Shown piece after piece: positions 60,156-64,000 of a stretch of DNA of 64,000 nucleotides. The position numbers and the translations under genes were made by a program. Position 1 is the first letter of the stretch. Each line of letters begins with the position of its first letter. The notes under the pieces are model-generated. The model was not told the DNA's origin, did no database searches, and saw only the letters and a list, made by a program, of their open reading frames with translations. The stretch lies in assembly GCA_951406725.2 (NCBI GenBank), contig OX597818.1, forward strand, positions 100,998,001 through 101,062,000, given 5' to 3'. The DNA is from Octopus vulgaris (lineage: Eukaryota).

Positions 60156-63100
60156 ACACACACATATAGATGGAAGGCGTTCAATGGCATAAGGTATGTG
60201 CTCAAGGGAAGGTTGGGCAGGACCACCCACGCCAACCTCATTAACAGTGCAGTTCTGCCTGCAATGTTATATGGTAGTGAAACATGGGCTACCACAAAGA
60301 CAGAAGAGCAAAGACTGGTAACGGCTCAAAGAGCCACGGAAAGGTTAATGCTTGGTATCTCGTTGAGAGAGCAAATAAGTAGCGAGATCATCAGAAAGAA
60401 GTCCGGCGTGAGAGATGTCATCGCAGAGTATACACGCAACAAGTATAGATGGGCTGGACACGTCGCTCGGCTCACCGATAATCAGTGGACGCACGCACTT
60501 GCCGAGTGGTACCCGTGTTAGCGGAAAAGATCACCCGGAAGACCTTTACGACGGTGGAATTACGATTTCAGGAGGACGATTGGGATCACTTGGATGAGAA
60601 AGGCGCGATACAGAGAGGAGTGAACAGCGTGCTGTGACCAACAGTGTCAAATGGACGCAAGACGGACTGGTCTCTCAAGGTGAAGGTGAAGGTGATATAT
60701 ATATATATATATATTCGTTTATTCTTGTATTCTTTTTTTTCAGTTTATTGGCTGCGGTCATGTTGGAGAGCAACTTTAAATTGTATTAGTGAATGTTGAA
60801 AACACTTCATTTAGAATGTTAGCGTGTTTGGTTCTATCGATATTATTTCTAATACATTGAACAACCACTCAGGCACTCGCATGTTATTTAAAATGACAGT
60901 GTTCATCATTAAATATGTTTAATCTAATGTCTGCCATGTTTGAGATTTTAAAATTAATTTAATATATTAAAATTTAATTCCCTTATTTTAGCGAATCGTT
61001 TTCCTTTCCTTTTAAAATTTCCCAAACTGAAAGGACAATTTCTCTGCATTACGCATTATGTGCAGGCGCCATTAATTGATCCATTTTTATCCAAATATAT
61101 TATTTTATTTATATTATGCTCATAAATCTGAAGGATTCGTCAGATGTAGGAAAGAAATTCGTTTGGATATTTCACTTCAGGTGGCTTTCCCATCTAGCCG
61201 CAATATGAATTAATCTATTATTTCTCTGTGTAATATTGTGGCTTGACTTGTCGATGACCTGATAACAATTAGCGAACGATAATATTAATTACGTGTTGCG
61301 AAAGGCTAACAATTTCAGTGGGGGTGTTAATTGGATAGTGTCGACCTCAGTGCAAATCTGGTACTTATTTTAGGGGTCCAGAGAATATGAAAAGCAAAGT
61401 CGACCTCGGCGGTAATCGAACTTTGCCAGGTTGAATTGTAGTGTCGACGTAATCAACTTATTCCCTTCTCACAAATTGCTGGTTTTATTCCAAAACTTTA
61501 AATCTATATTAATTGTCGATTATAGCGGGTAGCTGGAAGAATTTTTAGAACGCGGAGCATAATGCTTAGCGGTATATCGTCTTTCTGTATGTTCTGAGTT
61601 CTAATTTCGCCGAGGTCGTCTTTGCTTTTCATTATTTCAGGGTGGATATAATAATTACCTATGGAGCACTGGGATTTATGTAATCGGCTAAGTCCCCACC
61701 CCGAAATCACTGTACTTAGGCCAAAATTTCAATCAAATTTTAATTCACAATACCAGCTAGCTCTTGCGTAATATTGTTATGTCCAGATATATATATGTAT
61801 ATATTACCTGTTCTATATATTTTCTGGAATGCACTTCCATTTTGAAGGAAATAATTTTGCTGAAATAAAAACAAAATGAGGTGTATTATTCGACGGGATT
61901 TTGGTGATGTGAATTTTGAAATAAGATATGTGAATGGTTTTGATGTTTGTACATGATAAATAGATAAACGTTCCCATGTCTTTCTGCTCGTTTCGTTGTT
62001 CTTTGCGATGTATACTGAATAAGATACTGGCTTCGAAATACAAGTAGAACAGAAACAGGAAGAAAGGGTGAGAGAAAGTTGTGGTGAAAGAATATATAAA
62101 AATTGCCTGTAGTATCTCGACTCTTATATATTAACAAGAAAGTATCAAAAACGAAAGTGTTATTGTATAGGAAATATCACTCGAATTGATCAAACTTTGA
62201 CATTAATTTTTAAATTCTACCATTTCCATATTCATAGAAAGAAATGGTTTATTCGGAAATTACAGAAGTTTTAAACGCATGAAGAAAATATCTTTAAGCA
62301 CAGGAAGAATTAATCATGTAAATTAGCAACGCCATAAAAATAACAGGTATACGTGTATAACCATGGAAAGAGAACTACACAAAATATACACCAGCTTGCA
62401 TACATCTATTTAAGTCAAAGAAAGTTCCGAAAAATTTACTGAGGTGTGTGTGTGTGAAGAAGGATCAATACACTCGCGCAACAATATATAAAGCATTGAT
62501 TTCTCACCAATGGTGACGTACCTAAATTTGCTTCCTCACTCGGTAACATAAGCGGTCACTTGCCATTCACTACATTCACATATGGAATTGTTGATGCAAT
62601 TAAAAGCTTGATTTGTATATAAGTACAAATGATGTCTATTAAGCAACAACTAGCCCCAAAACATATTCCAATTATACAGAAAAGAGAGGATTAAACCAAT
62701 TAACTGTCCACAGTCTGTCTGCTCTTTGTGAAAGGCTTCTCCGAAAAAATACAAAAGATATGCGGCCCATATGACATCAGAACAGTATTCAAGAGTAATA
62801 CAACACTTTGGAAATATCTCCTTCGCGTAAAACCACCAATAGAAGACAATATGATCAAACTCTGCGTGTACTCCATCCCTTGCAGCTGTGGTAGCTTATA
62901 CAAAAGCCCCCTCAAAATAAGAGTAAAGGAATATCCCAAATCTGCTTCATGAGGAGATATTGATAAATCGGGTATAGTTGATCACATATGGAAAAAGGAG
63001 ACCACCTCCCCATGTGGCATGAAAATACTATAATAGAAAGGGAACACTACTAGAAAATACGCAAGCTAAAAGAAGCAGCACCTATGCTAGGACACAACAA

Positions 63101-63961
63101 CTTCCTAGGCAGACCGTGTACAAATATGAATAGCATATGGGAACCGGTATTAAGGAAAGATAGGAAAATATAAGAAAAACAACAACACAGACACACACAC
63201 GCACCACACACACATACTGAGAACTTGCATTAATGTAATGATGTCGTGATCACATACAATTTCAGACGAAATCATACTCTCACACTTAATGGATGCAGAA
63301 TTACATAAGTTTGGCTTTGAAATCTGTCTAGAAGTTTTCTACTAACCACTTTTCTGTAATGCATGGCACTTTTCGACAGCTTGTTTTAAACTATTAATTG
63401 CAGCACCTGGGGACATGCAATTAATTATTAATAATGCCTACTGCTGTGTTTCCTATGAAGAGATATCGATTTTAGTGTGAAGGGTTAAATTGCCTACCCG
63501 CTAGTTAATACTGCAGTATTGAGATAAATATTCTTACATTTGGGGACTTTAAGCAATATATCAAGATTTTAAAATAGTAAAGATTCTTGTGTGTATTAGC
63601 ATATTTTAGAGGCTTGGGAATCTTACAGAGGTATTCATTTCGAATGCTTCAATTCCTATGTAAAGCTCGTAAATGAAAACTCAATCTAACGTGAATGATG
63701 TATATTAATCCATTTAATGCATGCTGGTGATATATTTCTGAGTGAGAAAATGAACATAAAAGTAGCTATCTGGAACCAGACATGCTTACACTTATATAGG
63801 TCTTGAATCCATTTCAAGAGTTTCTTGTGGATCACATGAACTACTGAAATATTCTGAGTGTACCTAGTCGTCGATTGTGACTATGGCAACCATAAACCTT
63901 GAAATTTGTTTTCCGAAAACATGATCAAATAAAATAAAATGGAACCAAAAAGAAGATTATG

Positions 63962-63992
<31 letters not shown>

Positions 63993-64000
63993 ATATGTAT
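60156..64000 (+). repeat. Direct duplicate of ~45019-48860 (RTE, SINE, PLE fragment and unique DNA)
   Basis: Collinear near-identical sequence to the window end; ORF pairs 46369/61504, 46684/61813 and 47600/62728. Confidence 0.97.

Overview
AT-rich eukaryotic intergenic or intronic DNA, dense in microsatellites. The tRNA-derived SINE families and (TA)n/(CA)n/(TAA)n tracts suggest an octopus-like cephalopod genome, which is an inference from repeat content. I found no convincing host gene; most ORFs in the track are translated simple repeats. Mobile elements dominate: several Penelope-like retroelement (PLE) pieces (one with an open ~390-codon RT-thumb-GIY-YIG frame), a cluster of R4/Dong restriction-like-endonuclease LINEs in a (TAA)n tract, RTE, CR1 and L1/Tx1 fragments, a decayed mariner transposase and many SINEs. 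A 100-N gap is followed by a near-identical copy of 45.0-48.9 kb. The main signal missed by the ORF track is at least seven minimal type I hammerhead-ribozyme motifs, read by eye, from several repeat families and mostly near (TA)n. They include a U3-A8 covariant core, one with an ~85-nt stem II, and one in the middle of a ~500-bp non-coding element with ~110-bp terminal inverted repeats.
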